Assembly: GCA_024704765.1 (NCBI GenBank)
Contig: JAKMXF010000255.1
Span: forward strand, 186,001-250,000
DNA from: Oopsacas minuta
Taxonomy: Eukaryota > Animalia > Porifera
DNA: 64,000 bases
Direction of reading: 5' to 3'
Position numbers and translations under genes: made by a program. The notes below the pieces were generated by a model. The model saw only the letters and a list, made by a program, of their open reading frames with translations, made no database searches and was not told where the DNA came from. Below, piece by piece: positions 14,501 to 27,062 of the stretch (positions within the stretch are counted from its first letter, which is position 1; the number at the start of each line of letters is the position of its first letter).

Positions 14501-17500
14501 ATGAGTATACTTCTCCGTAAAACTGTGATTTATTCATATAATCATCTATTCACCTGTCCAGGCCATTCAGTGACCCATGTAGTTCTCTTAGTTTTGGGGT
14601 AAGCCTCCACTGATCGAGCTAGCACATCCTTCATACTCCGTATCATTATAATTTGTACTTCCATCAGCCATTTCTCCACCATTCCCTTCGCATCAGCTGG
14701 TACGATTTTGTTTGAGAATGGAACATTCTCTTTCTCAGAACTTACCATACCTATAATCTCCATCTTCTCCGAGAAATTCAGCTTGGCAATACCTTCAAAA
14801 CATTTCTTTAAATGTGGTTGTACTCTGAGAGGATCTTTAGTCTCTGATAATATCTCAAGTAACTCATCATTTGACAAAAAGAAGAATCTTAAATATTAGA
14901 AAATATAAAATTTCTTATCGCTAATAGAAATGTATAAAATTGTATACCGTGGAAAGAACAGCCTCTTCTTCTCCAAATAGTCGTTTAATCCCTTCTGTAT
15001 CTCTTCAAGAAGGTTATTAGAGTCAATCAAACGTTCTAGCATATTGTTCTGAGCTGTAGCTACAAGTACGTGTGTGTCTTTAACCTACATGTTTAATATA
15101 ACAATAATATATTTTATATTACACATACAGTGAAACGCCTCTGGAAACGGAGTGAAAAATACAAAGAGCGAATTCCTAGTCACATGCAAATGAACCTCCA
15201 CAAACAGGGATTGTCAGAAACAGAAATATAGGGTACTATTTTGTCTGGTATCCCCGTTTTCGGAGGTTACACTGTATATGGAACATATGTATCTCGTCAA
15301 TATACTTACAGCACTGGCCATGACTTCTCTCCAGTAAGCGTCTACAATTCCAAACTTTTTCGCTTCGACTGGCATCTGAGCACAAATGTCCTCAGAACTG
15401 AAAATAGGTTCCAAGTATAGCCAGGTAGCCTGACATTTGAGCCAGTTGTCTAGAATCTTCTGGAGGCGTACCAGAGTGTCCTGCCATGATTTACACTCCT
15501 CCTCAAAGGGACCGATAAATGGAGAACCTAAAATATTAGTTATCACTTCCTAGAACGAATAATTGCCTTGTTATCTACCATTCTATGAATTGTATAATCA
15601 AATTACATACACTACTGAATTAAACCACATTCTTTACATCCTTACTTATTACTACTAATACACTTTGCTATAAAATTGTTCTTTTCTTATGATTACAAGT
15701 CACAACACTGTAATCTCATTTTTGCATATAATTTTGTAATGCTTATTACATATTTTTGATTGAGCAACCCACGCTTTCAGTTAATATCTCTTCTAATTCA
15801 ACAAATTAAATTGGGTAATCAGGAAATAACAATAAGTACTGAAAGGTATATTCCAGATGCCACTTCCAATGTATTAACCTTACTAATCAAATTAGAGCAT
15901 GGTCATGGTAAACTCTAGAGTAGGAAGTAGTGTGTATTTCAAATTTTCAATATCATTGTATGTAATTGGAAATGGTGTATGCTTGGTGGTCATTTTCGGA
16001 TACTAAAGGTATTGAGTGCAAGATACTTTATGATAAAAAGCAGTTAATTGTGTCTAGGATTTCTGAGAATACAATAGCAATAATTATACTACCTCTGATA
16101 GTTTGAGTCTGCAATACGTGATCATCTAATTTTATTTGAATATCATCAATAGAAGATAGAATAGACACTCCTGTATCTCTGTAAGCTGTCATTACGAACT
16201 CTATTTCTTCCCATTCCGTCTTCATGTCCTTCATCTTCTTCTCAATTGTTGATTCTTTGGTAGCAATCTGCCCATACATACATGAAGTTAATAATACAAA
16301 CATACTATGGCATAGTCAACCACCGTTTTAACGAGCTCAAGGAACCGCGATAATTACTTCGCTATATCCGTATTCAATATAACGGTGGTTGACTACATGT
16401 ATAATTCGTACCTGTGTGATCTCTTCCAGTTGTTCAATATACTTCTCTAATCCTAATTCTAGAATCTTATTGAGTGGAGTGCCAGGCTTTGGTTTGAGTG
16501 GGAATCCTACTACCTCACTCATCTTCTCCCAATGCCTGTCTCTCAATCCATGGTAGCATACTACGTTAATTACAGGCAAATAATCCTTAAATTTGTCTAA
16601 CTTCTGTTTTATAAGAGCAGCTGATTTCTTCGGGTTTGGATGGTTGGTTAATTGTCGGGATAACTTCAACATCAGCTGTGAAATTCAAAAATAATTAAAA
16701 GTAGAATAAATAAAATCAATAAATAAAATTACTTTTGTTTTATCATCAAGTTCATTCTGAATACTCTGAGCATCTAGATCTGAGAATGGTCCATTGAGCC
16801 ATTTGTCCTGTTGCTCAAAGAAACTTATTGCAGTACCCCACAGGGTATCGAAAGGAGCTTTATCAATCAGCAGTGTCTGACACAGAGGAAAGGGAGTAGC
16901 ATTGAATTCTAAATAAAGGTTTAAACTAAAATAGATTCGTTTAAGATTATTAATGTACTTATTCAAGAGATTAAAGTATTGAGCAATTCAATGATTGAAA
17001 GCACTTGCATCTAATGGCTGTGATTAAGTTCCATTATTTTGATTATCCTTAATATCATACACGTGTATTCAGCGTCTTTTTAGGAAACGTATTTGTGTAC
17101 CAATAATAATAAAGGTTTCTGGAGTTTATACAACTGCTACATATACTCCCGAAATGGGAAATTGTTGAATATATAATTGGGCATATAACCAGCAACTCAG
17201 CTGATAATTACAGTGTATTCTTCACAGAAGAGGTGCCAGGGAAGTCGAAAATTACTACTCCGTTTCCTCGTTTTGCCAAATTCCCCGTTTATGGAGGCGA
17301 CACTGTATTCATATACACATATACGTGCGTAGGGCGGTTGTACAAATTGTTCCCCTAAAAATGACTTAATAAAGAGATATTAATTGTTTAAGTAATATTA
17401 TATTTTAATGATTAAAACTGAGTCACAGTGAGGTAAGATAGTTACAACAGATAGTATCTCACTAATACGCAGCTAAAAATGAAATCACAGAATAGAGCAC

Positions 17501-20500
17501 AGCTTCTTTTGCTTCTTTTTCTCTGGGGGGCTTAATATAGCAATGATAGCTTCATCAAACACATCCTTGAGTCCTTTCTGAGTGAGAGCAGAGCACTCTA
17601 CGTAGTCATAACATCCACGAGATTTCATCTCTTTTGCAAGTCTATTGGCTGCCTCGTTTGAGACGGGTTTTTGTTTGATCTTAGCGAGGTGTTTGAGAGT
17701 ACTATCTTCATCTCTCCTATCACATTGTGTACCGACGATTATGAAGGGAGTTTTGGGGTTATGATGACGGATTTCAGGGATCCACTTCTCCTTCACATTC
17801 TCAAAGCTAGCCGGGTTAACTACGGAGAAAGCAACGAGGAAAATATCAGTTTGTGGATAGGATAGAGGCCTGAGACGATCGTAATCTTCTTGTCCAGCTG
17901 TGTCGAATAATCCTAAAGTGTAGTTCCGTCCGGCTACCAGAACATTTACAGCGTAATTATCGAATACGGTAGGTACGTAATCACGAGGAAACATATTACG
18001 AGCGTATGAGATCAGCATACATGTCTTTCCAACAGCGCCATCACCAACAACGACACATTTCAAAGTACGGTCAAAGTCATCCATTATTTTAAAGAAAGAA
18101 AATTATAATTCAAAAGTTAGGCTGAAACTGAGTTGATAATGCATTTACTCGGAGCTCTTGGTATTTATATACACAGATTTGAATGATGAAACTATTGAGT
18201 AGGACACTTATACATAGAGCATACCATTATTTAGATAGCAGCTCCCATAATATCAAATAACTGAGTGTGTATTCTAATTTAAGCCAGTCTGGAAATAGAA
18301 TCAAATTCTAATTAATTTTACATATCTTGGATTTGAGAATTTATAATTATAGATTTTTAGATTTTGCTAATATTAATAGAAATGGTGGACACATATGTGA
18401 TTATTATTGGCCACAAATATCGTATACTTATTATCTATTGCACAACACTGATTATTGAGCAATGTTGTCTGCCATCTATGTGATTTAATAATTTGCAACA
18501 CAGCAGGATCGGATCTCGTAAATTACGAAAGAAAGAACACTTTATTAGTCATATTAAATGACTCTCAGAGAAAGGTAATTCGCTCAATACAAACTACAGA
18601 TAAGTAGAATACTGGATTACAGATCCTCAGACATAATATACGTAGTAAGGGCTAAAGCAAATTACAAATTGACTAATAATCTCATAAAATTCACCCTCAT
18701 CAATCCTTACACAATATTTACTGTAATGAATCTATACTATATGTTGTATGTACCTGATGCAGGTAAACGTATATTGAGGATAAGATGATTCATTGTATTC
18801 AGACAGCTGAGAGAGAGATAAGAGGAATAATCAGTCATACACAAAATGTTACTAAGATTTAAGCCAATCAAAGCCGACCTTTTGCAAGAAGAAATAAAGT
18901 ATAAAATAGACTAAAATAGTCATAAACAAACAAATTTATTGTTTATTTTGTTTATTTTTATTATTTCGTAATGTTTCGACAATCTAATTGTGATCTAAAA
19001 ATCATCCTTGTTGGAGATGAGAGATCTGGTAAAACATGTATACTCAAGCGATTGACAGAAGGTAAATACACAGAGAATTACAGTCCAACTCTATATGATG
19101 AATTCGTAACAACAATCAATTCAGATCTGAGAGATTACAAATTGAATATCATAGAATTAGGAGGAAGTGATCAGTGTGCGACATACAGAAAATCATGTTA
19201 TGAAGAGAGTGACATCATATTGGTGTGTTTCTCAGTGGTTAGACCTTATGAAGTGCTAGATATTGGCTCTAAGTGGCTACCTGAAATAAAGAAATGGAAT
19301 CAAAACGCTTACGTCATGCTAGTAGGTACACAAACAGATCTACGAGAAGACAGAGTATTAGTTGATGAGCTGAGTAAAGTTGGTTTAAAAGTAGTAACAT
19401 ATGAAAACGGTTGTGAACTGGTGGAACTGGTAAAGCCATACAAAGTATGTGGTTACCTAGAATGCTCTGCTCTCAATAGAAATAGTGTTAGCCAGCTGTT
19501 TGAAAAAGTTACAACGTTAACTGAACCAGAAGCAAAGTGCTTGTATTATTGTCCAAGCAAACTGAATAAATCCTTCCGTATGCTAAAGAGGAAATCACCA
19601 AAATTTTTCAAAAAGTTCCACAAGAAGAACTTCTCAATATCCAACAGATTCAGAAGTCGTAATAAATCCACATAACGAATTTAGAGGAATAAATTCCCTG
19701 TGAACTACAGTAACGTATTTTGATATAACTTGACACAAACGAACTAAACTATGCACTATTACTCGGTGTCCTTTGTTTGTAAGATTCACTGATTGAATTA
19801 ATTATGTCTTCACAAATGTTAATACCCATGTATATGAGTCAGGGTATTGGATTCGTGCACATGGTAATGAATGTGAGAGAACTCATAAATCTCTATTAAC
19901 AGTATGTATCAGATATCAACAGAGTAGTAAGTCATCATAAATGTGAATTAACTATAGCGAAGTTTGCTTATCAGCAACTTGAGTTTTGGTTCTCAAACAG
20001 TTGCTAGTATGTGATAGTTCCAAATAGTCTACACTTGAGACCTGAAAATAGGTCGCTAATAGACGAATATTGCTATTAAGCGAGTTGCTAATACACAAAC
20101 TCTACAGTAAATAACTTGCTTTACTTCGGGTTAAACAATTATCCAAAATTCGCGATTTGCATGTCACAGTGGTATATACTATACTATGTATATAAACTTG
20201 ATACATCTTCGTTAATCACAAACCTAATAACTCCTCTTCGTTGTTAACATTTTGAGCTTCTTTCTGACACTCCAAAATTCTCTTAGTAATATCATCCAAT
20301 AATTTCTTATCAGCATACACCTCGTCCATGTCTCTACTTATCTCTTTCTCTTTGAAATCTTCAATCTCCTGATCTAGTCCTGTCAGGAGCTTCTCTAGAT
20401 CCTCTTTCATTTCATTTACCTGTAATTCAAATTAAATAATACATTGATACTAATGGCTGTAATATTTGCTGCAATAATAATATAGGAATTTACCTTAGCA

Positions 20501-23500
20501 ATAGCTTTCTCTTGTGAAGTTAGAAGTTTAAGTCTAGCTTCATCAAATAGAGGATCAATGCGTTTCGGCCAGAGGAATGCAAAGCTATTTATCTTGATAT
20601 CTTCATCTGTCATATCACAGAGTTCTATAATAAAGCTGAGTCTAGCTAGTGAGTCTTTCACTTCCTCGAGTAGCCCTGTGATGGTTATGGACTGAGCCTA
20701 GATAATAGAATGAAGCGTAAAATACGAACCATTCTTTCTAAATATCTATAAGTACCTCTTCTACGAATTTTCTTAAATCAGTCATTGCTTCTGTATCTTC
20801 TGGATCCTACATTAGATCAATAATAATACTCTATACCTGTATAAGTATAATATAAATCCTATCGTCTAATTTGCACTTCTTATCCGTACTCATTTAAAGT
20901 TACCTCTTCCAATTTCTTTGCTATCTCCTCATATCTGTCACAAATATTCTTGTTAATAGTTCTATTGTATTGAGCTAAGAACAAGCTCAGCTGATTCAAT
21001 AGACTTCTAGCATTAGAGATCAGTAGCTGGTTAAGATCAGTACATGACAGAGAGAACAGACCCAATCTTACATCTACCCATAGAACATACAGCTGATCTA
21101 TTATCCGGTTATAAACATCAAAGTGTTGTCTGAAGCTTTTTAATACAACTTCGTCTTCTTGTAGAAATTCTTCTATCTGTTTAGTAGCCTATAAATTGTA
21201 TGATAAATAAAAGGCGTTTGAGCAGCAGTTCACAACCTCTTAAACCCATGGATCCTCTATACCAATTTTAAATACATCCTGTGGACCCCCTGCTGCTGTC
21301 ATTCCTGAAACTCCAAAGGTCCATGTATAACCGGTTAGGAACCACAGGTTTTAAGTTAATCATATTCTACTGACCTCTCCATTCAATAGAGCTTCATATT
21401 GTGAGTATACACCTAAATAACTCTCTAATCCCATCCAATTAACAGATAATACACTATTCATATCTGATTTAGTATGTAACACTAACTCATCATCTAGTTG
21501 TACAAAGTGTAGTAGTAAGGTGTAGGACTTTAGTTGTGGGAATATCAATGTTTCTACCTGCAAAACACTGTCATAATACGATATACAATAGGAGAAATTG
21601 ATTAACCTACTCTTGGGATATTCATAGCAGAATTAACAATCTCATCAACAACTTCCATTAGAATCTCAGTAACTTCACTCTTATTTGGTGCAAATATCAC
21701 ATCAGAGCCTTGGACTAATAGCTCAATCAGCAAGATAGGTTTTCTCTTCAGATTAAAATCATAGTAATCTCCCTCAAATGAATTTGATTCTGAAAATTCG
21801 TTGAAGAAATCTGCAATTTCTCTTAGAGAACGCTCAACCAATTCTAAACAAGAAAATAATATAGTTACAACAGTATTACAATTATCTCCATTAAATTGGG
21901 ACACTTTGCCCAGGACAAGTTGTCCCAATTCAGGGCCTGTACCGCCGGGCCTTGGGGAAAATTTTCGAAATATAAAATATGGTATCCAACCTCTAATATG
22001 TGCATTCATGAGGGCAGATATGCTAGTGAAGAACTGTTGTACCAGTGCAGTATCATTAGAAGATGCAGAGCTAGGGATTAGATGCTCCCAGCTGTTTCTC
22101 TCTGTCAATAGAACATCAGCACATTCTGATAACCATTTGTCCAGCAATACTGCTCTTGTCTTAGCACACTGATCCCGACACTAAGAATAAATGAAACAAT
22201 GAAATACTTGTATTATCATTAATAGGGATATTAAAATGTATTACCAATTTAATGAATACAGTAGGTGATACTGGAAAATCTGTTTCATACAGTTTATCAG
22301 CATAGACAAACTTAGTATCACAATATTTGTTATCCCACAAGTTCTGTATACGAGTAACCACCGGATTTGTTAGGAAGAGATGAGTATCTATTTTAGACTT
22401 GGACTGCGTTAATTGGTTATGCCAAGGAACTGGTGCTCGTATAACACGTTGAGGAAACGGCTTTGGAACATATTTAATACCTAACCGTGACATTTCGCAG
22501 GGATCTAGTAGGATATAGTCAACAATAATCTTCTTCAGTGTAAACTCATAATCTTCTGATATCTATAAAATATAATACAGGGTATCGACTTATCCTGGAA
22601 GCACGTAGTAAGGAAGTTCCATTGTAATTGAGTTTTACAATGAAATTTCCATAAAAAAGCGTACAACATACCTCATCTCTCAATTTCTGTATCATATCGA
22701 GTAGTTCAGTATCTTTTGATATCTTAACAGGTAATCTATCATTCTCTACTCTAACTAGTGTGTCAGCAGGCATAGGGTATATAGCAGATAGAGGTATACC
22801 AACATGTATGTAGCGATAATAACGCTCTGTTTCTTCTGGTAAAGGTTCTTCTGTTATGCTATTGTTCTTACCCTCAAGGCAATACATCCTACAGGAAATA
22901 TAATATGATTATACTATAGTGTAACCGCTAGAAATGGCGTACAAGAGACGCCGAAAATGCTTTCTTGTTTCCATGTTTATAGAGGTTCATTTGTATGGGA
23001 CTAGGAATCAGCTCCTTATTTGTCACTCCGTTTCCCAGAAGGCCTGTTCCCGGAGGTACACTGTACTGAATAAACTCACAAGCTATATTGCTCAGATGGA
23101 CTCATTGGTCTTGAATATCCCTCATCATCCTCAGGACTAGATGAATGACTTTCTCTCTGTTTAGCCTCTTTCCTATAGGCACCATTTCCTGTTCTCTTCC
23201 TCTTAATGAGAGATTTAGCAGCTGACTTAGCTGATATAGACATCTGTTTCTCATGGAAACCTGGTAGGGCAGTGGGAAGAAGACATCCAGGTCGTACTGT
23301 CTGTGTATTCGGAGTGATATGAGCTGATGATGTAATAGTACGTATCTTAAGGTTAGAAGATGGAGGCGTATAATTGTTAGCTATAGACTCTACTGGACTT
23401 CTGTGTTCACATTGTTCTTTGTAGGGAGCTGATCTAGTCCATGAGTTGATCCTCAGAATAGGCGGGTAATTATTCTGTCTTTTTATCAACTGATAGACAG

Positions 23501-23606
23501 GAGAGGGTGTTGATGTGTCATTTGGGGGGAGAGGAGGAAGGGGGATGGTACGTGAACTGTTGAATATTGGATCATTTGAATCCATCAATTCTTGTATACG
23601 ACTCAT
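1..23606 (-). CDS. DNAH3: Axonemal inner-arm dynein heavy chain (DNAH3/7/12 group, closest to DNAH3 by eye); 31 exons in window, 3' end beyond position 1
   Basis: Exons joined manually across GT-AG introns give continuous dynein: N-terminal [12 protein letters not shown]1 [13 protein letters not shown]2 [11 protein letters not shown]3 GPTG|TGKS, AAA4 GVGGSGRQS, stalk (KNPP...WGPS) and AAA5 region ([18 protein letters not shown]) open to base 1. Likely ATG at 23606; the ORF-track start 23651 is TTG. Confidence 0.93.
1213..1381. mobile_element. MITE family A (pogo/Tigger-like, TA|CAGTCAA.. termini), intronic
   Basis: Shares TACAGTCAAC..CGTTATATCGAAGCTCAAGGGAC..CGATAATTACTT core with 5 other copies. 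Confidence 0.7.
3701..5030 (+). mobile_element. Full-length mariner (Tc1/mariner, DD34D) transposon, 1330 bp, inside a dynein intron
   Basis: 28-bp TIRs CGAGGGTCGTCCAAAAAGTTTTTAGAAT (3701-3728) and 5003-5030 with 1 mismatch; TA on both flanks (3699-3700, 5031-5032); intact transposase ORF. Confidence 0.96.
3900..4967 (+). CDS. Mariner transposase, 355 aa, uninterrupted
   Basis: [24 protein letters not shown] and YSPDLAPCD motifs; 34 residues between the 2nd and 3rd Asp. Confidence 0.95.
   Translation: MDLHLERRDFRAMIFYDFMRKLSPKESHIQLQDTFGEKSPSLATVYNWYGEFNRGRKTLSDEMRSRRPADAVNPENIQKVKKIIKNERRIIIDEIMSYLDISRGSLHAILHEHLLVRKVAARWIPHKLSEEQMTTRVDWCKFMIRKFDHGRSKLLNTLITGDETWIYQYDPETKQQSSVWLFPDDDPPQKLRRARSGNKQMVASFISKKGHVATIPLIEQKTVTASWYVNICMPQVIEKWSILHPKAYLTSLQWHHDNASAHKAALTMDFFAENGIKLIPHPAYSPDLAPCDFFLFPKLKKKIKGVHFDSAEEARLAYNGALQDLTKEDWENCFESWFRRMDLCIQSSGIYFEKL
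5199..6542 (+). CDS. MFS transporter (SLC18B1-like), single exon, nested antisense in dynein intron 3313-6880
   Basis: 447 aa with about 12 hydrophobic segments in two halves; FPDRQ..M..MQE..S.G...GP motif. Confidence 0.75.
   Translation: MESTDLTSCVHLPSQKNKNKTDKLLYIFIIAAYTTITLSTIGLTQGFPVISSIAKSKGLLDIEIGLIYCLQAILCAFLFPISSVILTKVNKKLALCVCSLLVYCSFILYGFIISMSRTPFLIFSLIFSCVEAYCETMIFLSANLILWETFPDRQSTMFAMQEVTISIGYVSGPSICAILYPLIGFSHMYLLIGILGLIVSLVITATLVLSKTENKTMVREQADPLLILRIILTPSLSLHLVVTFTTAFFFNYFYPVIGPYLISRYDVTVSTVGWVIMSGELVYMVCSIILGYMYDNYIHSLHIVVAALGLFTQAIGIFLYPPSSLISNKGGNYLTFSIFGSIFNGLGIALCFIPILTSLLMKAEERFPGVSNVEPSVAGLFTGAYYLGEGAGQFISEVIADFYSLDVISTYLAGFVLIFSVVLLLIGVIKFRELKMLKHPFKRGIIN
6562..6582 (+). 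repeat. (TTG)7 microsatellite in MFS 3' region
   Basis: Direct count. Confidence 0.9.
6785..6853. mobile_element. 69-bp hairpin MITE (related CAGT-terminal family)
   Basis: TA|CAGTTAACATCCGGTCACTCGAAC ... GTTCGAGTTACCGAATGTTGGTTG|TA. Confidence 0.65.
7471..7638. mobile_element. MITE family A, reverse orientation, intronic
   Basis: CAGTTAACTCTCGTTATATCGAA ... TTCGATATAATGGGGTTGTCTGTA. Confidence 0.7.
11282..14201 (+). CDS. HBS1L: HBS1-like translational GTPase (9 exons), nested antisense in dynein intron 10847-14273
   Basis: MARHR N-terminus, [28 protein letters not shown] and SGL motifs plus beta-barrel domains; 8 GT-AG introns restore frame; stop TAG 14199-14201. Confidence 0.92.
11459..11509 (+). 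repeat. Pure (CAA)17 encoding polyQ in HBS1L
   Basis: Direct count. Confidence 0.95.
12376..12744 (-). CDS. Uncharacterised 122-aa helical/coiled-coil protein within HBS1L intron 4 (12284-12829)
   Basis: ATG-initiated ORF with heptad-like L/I/E/K pattern fills most of the only long (546 bp) HBS1L intron. Confidence 0.5.
   Translation of the reverse strand: MATNSFRKPVSTSLEGTRPHPLSDALTLQPIIKTKDPQPLHYNEELNKLDELSKDLKNIEERIMTAQVDCYKLNIDLVTKFDPFFLEKIRGFESDCEDVLEKMKNMLDSLQTGLEEKTLISQ
15128..15274. mobile_element. MITE family B (TA|CAGTG[A/T]AACCTCC termini); other copies ~2191-2260, ~13059-13118, 17211-17305, ~22917-23063, 35685-35775, 43573-43728, 56657-56806
   Basis: Shared TIR plus internal AACCTCCACAAAC and GGAAACGGAGT blocks; TA flanks preserved in several copies. 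Confidence 0.75.
16313..16395. mobile_element. MITE family A mini-copy, 83 bp, perfect 15-bp TIR
   Basis: TAGTCAACCACCGTT ... AACGGTGGTTGACTA. Confidence 0.75.
17485..18084 (-). CDS. CDC42: Cdc42-family Rho GTPase, single exon, nested on the SAME strand as the host dynein
   Basis: [34 protein letters not shown], polybasic tail + CSIL CAAX box. Confidence 0.88.
   Translation of the reverse strand: MDDFDRTLKCVVVGDGAVGKTCMLISYARNMFPRDYVPTVFDNYAVNVLVAGRNYTLGLFDTAGQEDYDRLRPLSYPQTDIFLVAFSVVNPASFENVKEKWIPEIRHHNPKTPFIIVGTQCDRRDEDSTLKHLAKIKQKPVSNEAANRLAKEMKSRGCYDYVECSALTQKGLKDVFDEAIIAILSPPEKKKQKKLCSIL
18085..18970. promoter_or_regulatory. Divergent intergenic region (candidate bidirectional promoter) between the two nested Rho GTPases; TATATAAA on minus strand at 18171-18164
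   Basis: Head-to-head geometry; TATA-like box about 80 nt upstream of the Cdc42 ATG (spacing not verified). Confidence 0.4.
18971..19675 (+). CDS. Divergent/atypical Rho-family GTPase without CAAX
   Basis: GDERSGKT P-loop, YSPTLYDEF switch I, ELGGSDQ in place of DTAGQ, VGTQTD, ECSAL; basic/aromatic C-terminal tail. Confidence 0.8.
   Translation: MFRQSNCDLKIILVGDERSGKTCILKRLTEGKYTENYSPTLYDEFVTTINSDLRDYKLNIIELGGSDQCATYRKSCYEESDIILVCFSVVRPYEVLDIGSKWLPEIKKWNQNAYVMLVGTQTDLREDRVLVDELSKVGLKVVTYENGCELVELVKPYKVCGYLECSALNRNSVSQLFEKVTTLTEPEAKCLYYCPSKLNKSFRMLKRKSPKFFKKFHKKNFSISNRFRSRNKST
21223..21347. mobile_element. hAT (Charlie-like) MITE in a dynein intron
   Basis: CAGCAGTTCACAACC...GGTTAGGAACCACAG degenerate TIRs; about 65 bp internal similarity to 52633 copy; TSD eroded. 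Confidence 0.6.
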
Positions 23607-23631
23607 GTTAGAGTCGAAGTGACCAGTTGTG

Positions 23632-23677
23632 CTAATATACAAACATTGCAAAAATATCAGAAAATATTTGTACTAAT
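23632..23677 (-). promoter_or_regulatory. Candidate trans-splice acceptor/outron between RBM41 stop and dynein ATG
   Basis: T-rich tract ending TTTGTATATTAG (AG at 23633-23632), 25 nt before the ATG and 44 nt after the RBM41 stop. Confidence 0.5.
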
Positions 23678-24736
23678 TTAATATTTAGTGTTGCTCGCAT
23701 AAACAGCAATAACAGGTCTCCCCATTAATATATATCCGGTGACGTAATACAGTGCCTCTGTAGCTGATGCTATACTGTCAAATTCCACAAAAGCCTGTCC
23801 TTTCATTCTACCAGTTAACAAGCGAAACTTGATGGAGGGACCAGGAATTTTCTGGAATTTTATAAAAAGAGAAGCGAATTGATTTAGAGTAACTTTTCTA
23901 TGAAGGTTCTTAATAAATAGTTTGTTAGAAGGGTTACCTGGTTTGTAACCAGAGAATCTAGGAATCTGATTTATTTCTGGTAAAGAGAGTCTGTAGTTAT
24001 TTACATGAGATGGATATGTTGGTATAAGCTCATTAATCTCAAAAGTGTTCAGTTTATCGTCTGGTGTATTAACCGGATTTTCCGAGTTCAATTCAGATTC
24101 CTTATAACAAGTACGAGTATTATTATCTAATCTCCGTCTCTTCCTATCTGCATCTCTCCTTCTACATTCAATAGCTTGTAAACTATTCTCAAATAATAAT
24201 ACCGCCTGATTAGACTGCTTACTGTTATCTGTCCCTAATAAATGTGAAAGAGGATTTGATTCAGAATTATTTCTAGATAATTCCAACTCTTGCTCATGTC
24301 TAGATATCTTAATAGAATTTGTATTAGAAGACTGTTGTTGTAAAAATTCGTGTTTTTCGTGTATCTTATCTTCTATAGCATTGAGGTCTCCTTCTCTAAC
24401 TGATGGGTCACGTGGATATCCTCTTCTCGCTCCCTGTTGTTGTCCCATAACAATTCTAACTTGTTCACTGGACAATCCATCATGCAATAAATTACTCTCT
24501 TGCTCTAGTTTAGCTAGTTTAACTCTATAATCACTTGCAGTTGTTATACCTTCTAATGAGCTTAGTGGGAATACCTCTGCACTCGATGATATGAATGTTT
24601 TGAAAGGTAGAGAAATAGGATTAATATCAAGTTGTTTGGCAGTAAGATTACGTACTTCTGTTTCTGTTAGAGATATAGTAACACTATCTTGTTTCAATTT
24701 AGCTAGATATCCTCTGTGGTTGTCGACTCTCTTCAT
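23678..24736 (-). CDS. RBM41: RNA-binding protein 41 (paralog of U11/U12-65K), single exon
   Basis: MKRV...ETE..L..QLD N-terminus and one C-terminal RRM (LFIKNL...PGPSIKFRLLTGRMKGQAFVEF) matching the RBM41 pattern. Confidence 0.8.
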   Translation of the reverse strand: MKRVDNHRGYLAKLKQDSVTISLTETEVRNLTAKQLDINPISLPFKTFISSSAEVFPLSSLEGITTASDYRVKLAKLEQESNLLHDGLSSEQVRIVMGQQQGARRGYPRDPSVREGDLNAIEDKIHEKHEFLQQQSSNTNSIKISRHEQELELSRNNSESNPLSHLLGTDNSKQSNQAVLLFENSLQAIECRRRDADRKRRRLDNNTRTCYKESELNSENPVNTPDDKLNTFEINELIPTYPSHVNNYRLSLPEINQIPRFSGYKPGNPSNKLFIKNLHRKVTLNQFASLFIKFQKIPGPSIKFRLLTGRMKGQAFVEFDSIASATEALYYVTGYILMGRPVIAVYASNTKY

Positions 24737-24788
24737 TGCTAGCTAGCTTGCTCTAATCGCCGATATTAATGAATTAATAAGTACAATA

Positions 24789-24903
24789 CAGTCAACCCCC
24801 ATTATATCGAATCTCAAGGGACCCGTAATAATTACTTATATTCAGGCGGAGTTCGATATAATTTCGAAATATCCGTTTCAGATACAACAGAGGGTTGACT
24901 CTG
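24789..24903. mobile_element. MITE family A between RBM41 and KATNA1
   Basis: TACAGTCAACCCCCATTATATCGAATCTCAAGGGAC ... GGGTTGACT. Confidence 0.7.
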
Positions 24904-25065
24904 TTTAAGCTTCGATTTTGCTGACTTACAATTATAGATAACTTATCGAAAACCTTCAAAATCAGAGATTTAACTAATACTAAGTTAGCAGTACAATATG
25001 CTACATGCAGATAAGTGAATCGGTTCTACAACTTCAACAAACTACTGAATGGTTGTAACATAATC

Positions 25066-27062
<1,997 letters not shown>

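Noticed and set aside
21893-21960. GC-rich hairpin-like insert (TTGGGACA...TGTCCCAA) in a dynein intron
   Set aside because: Too short and degenerate to assign TIR/TSD or an RNA family.
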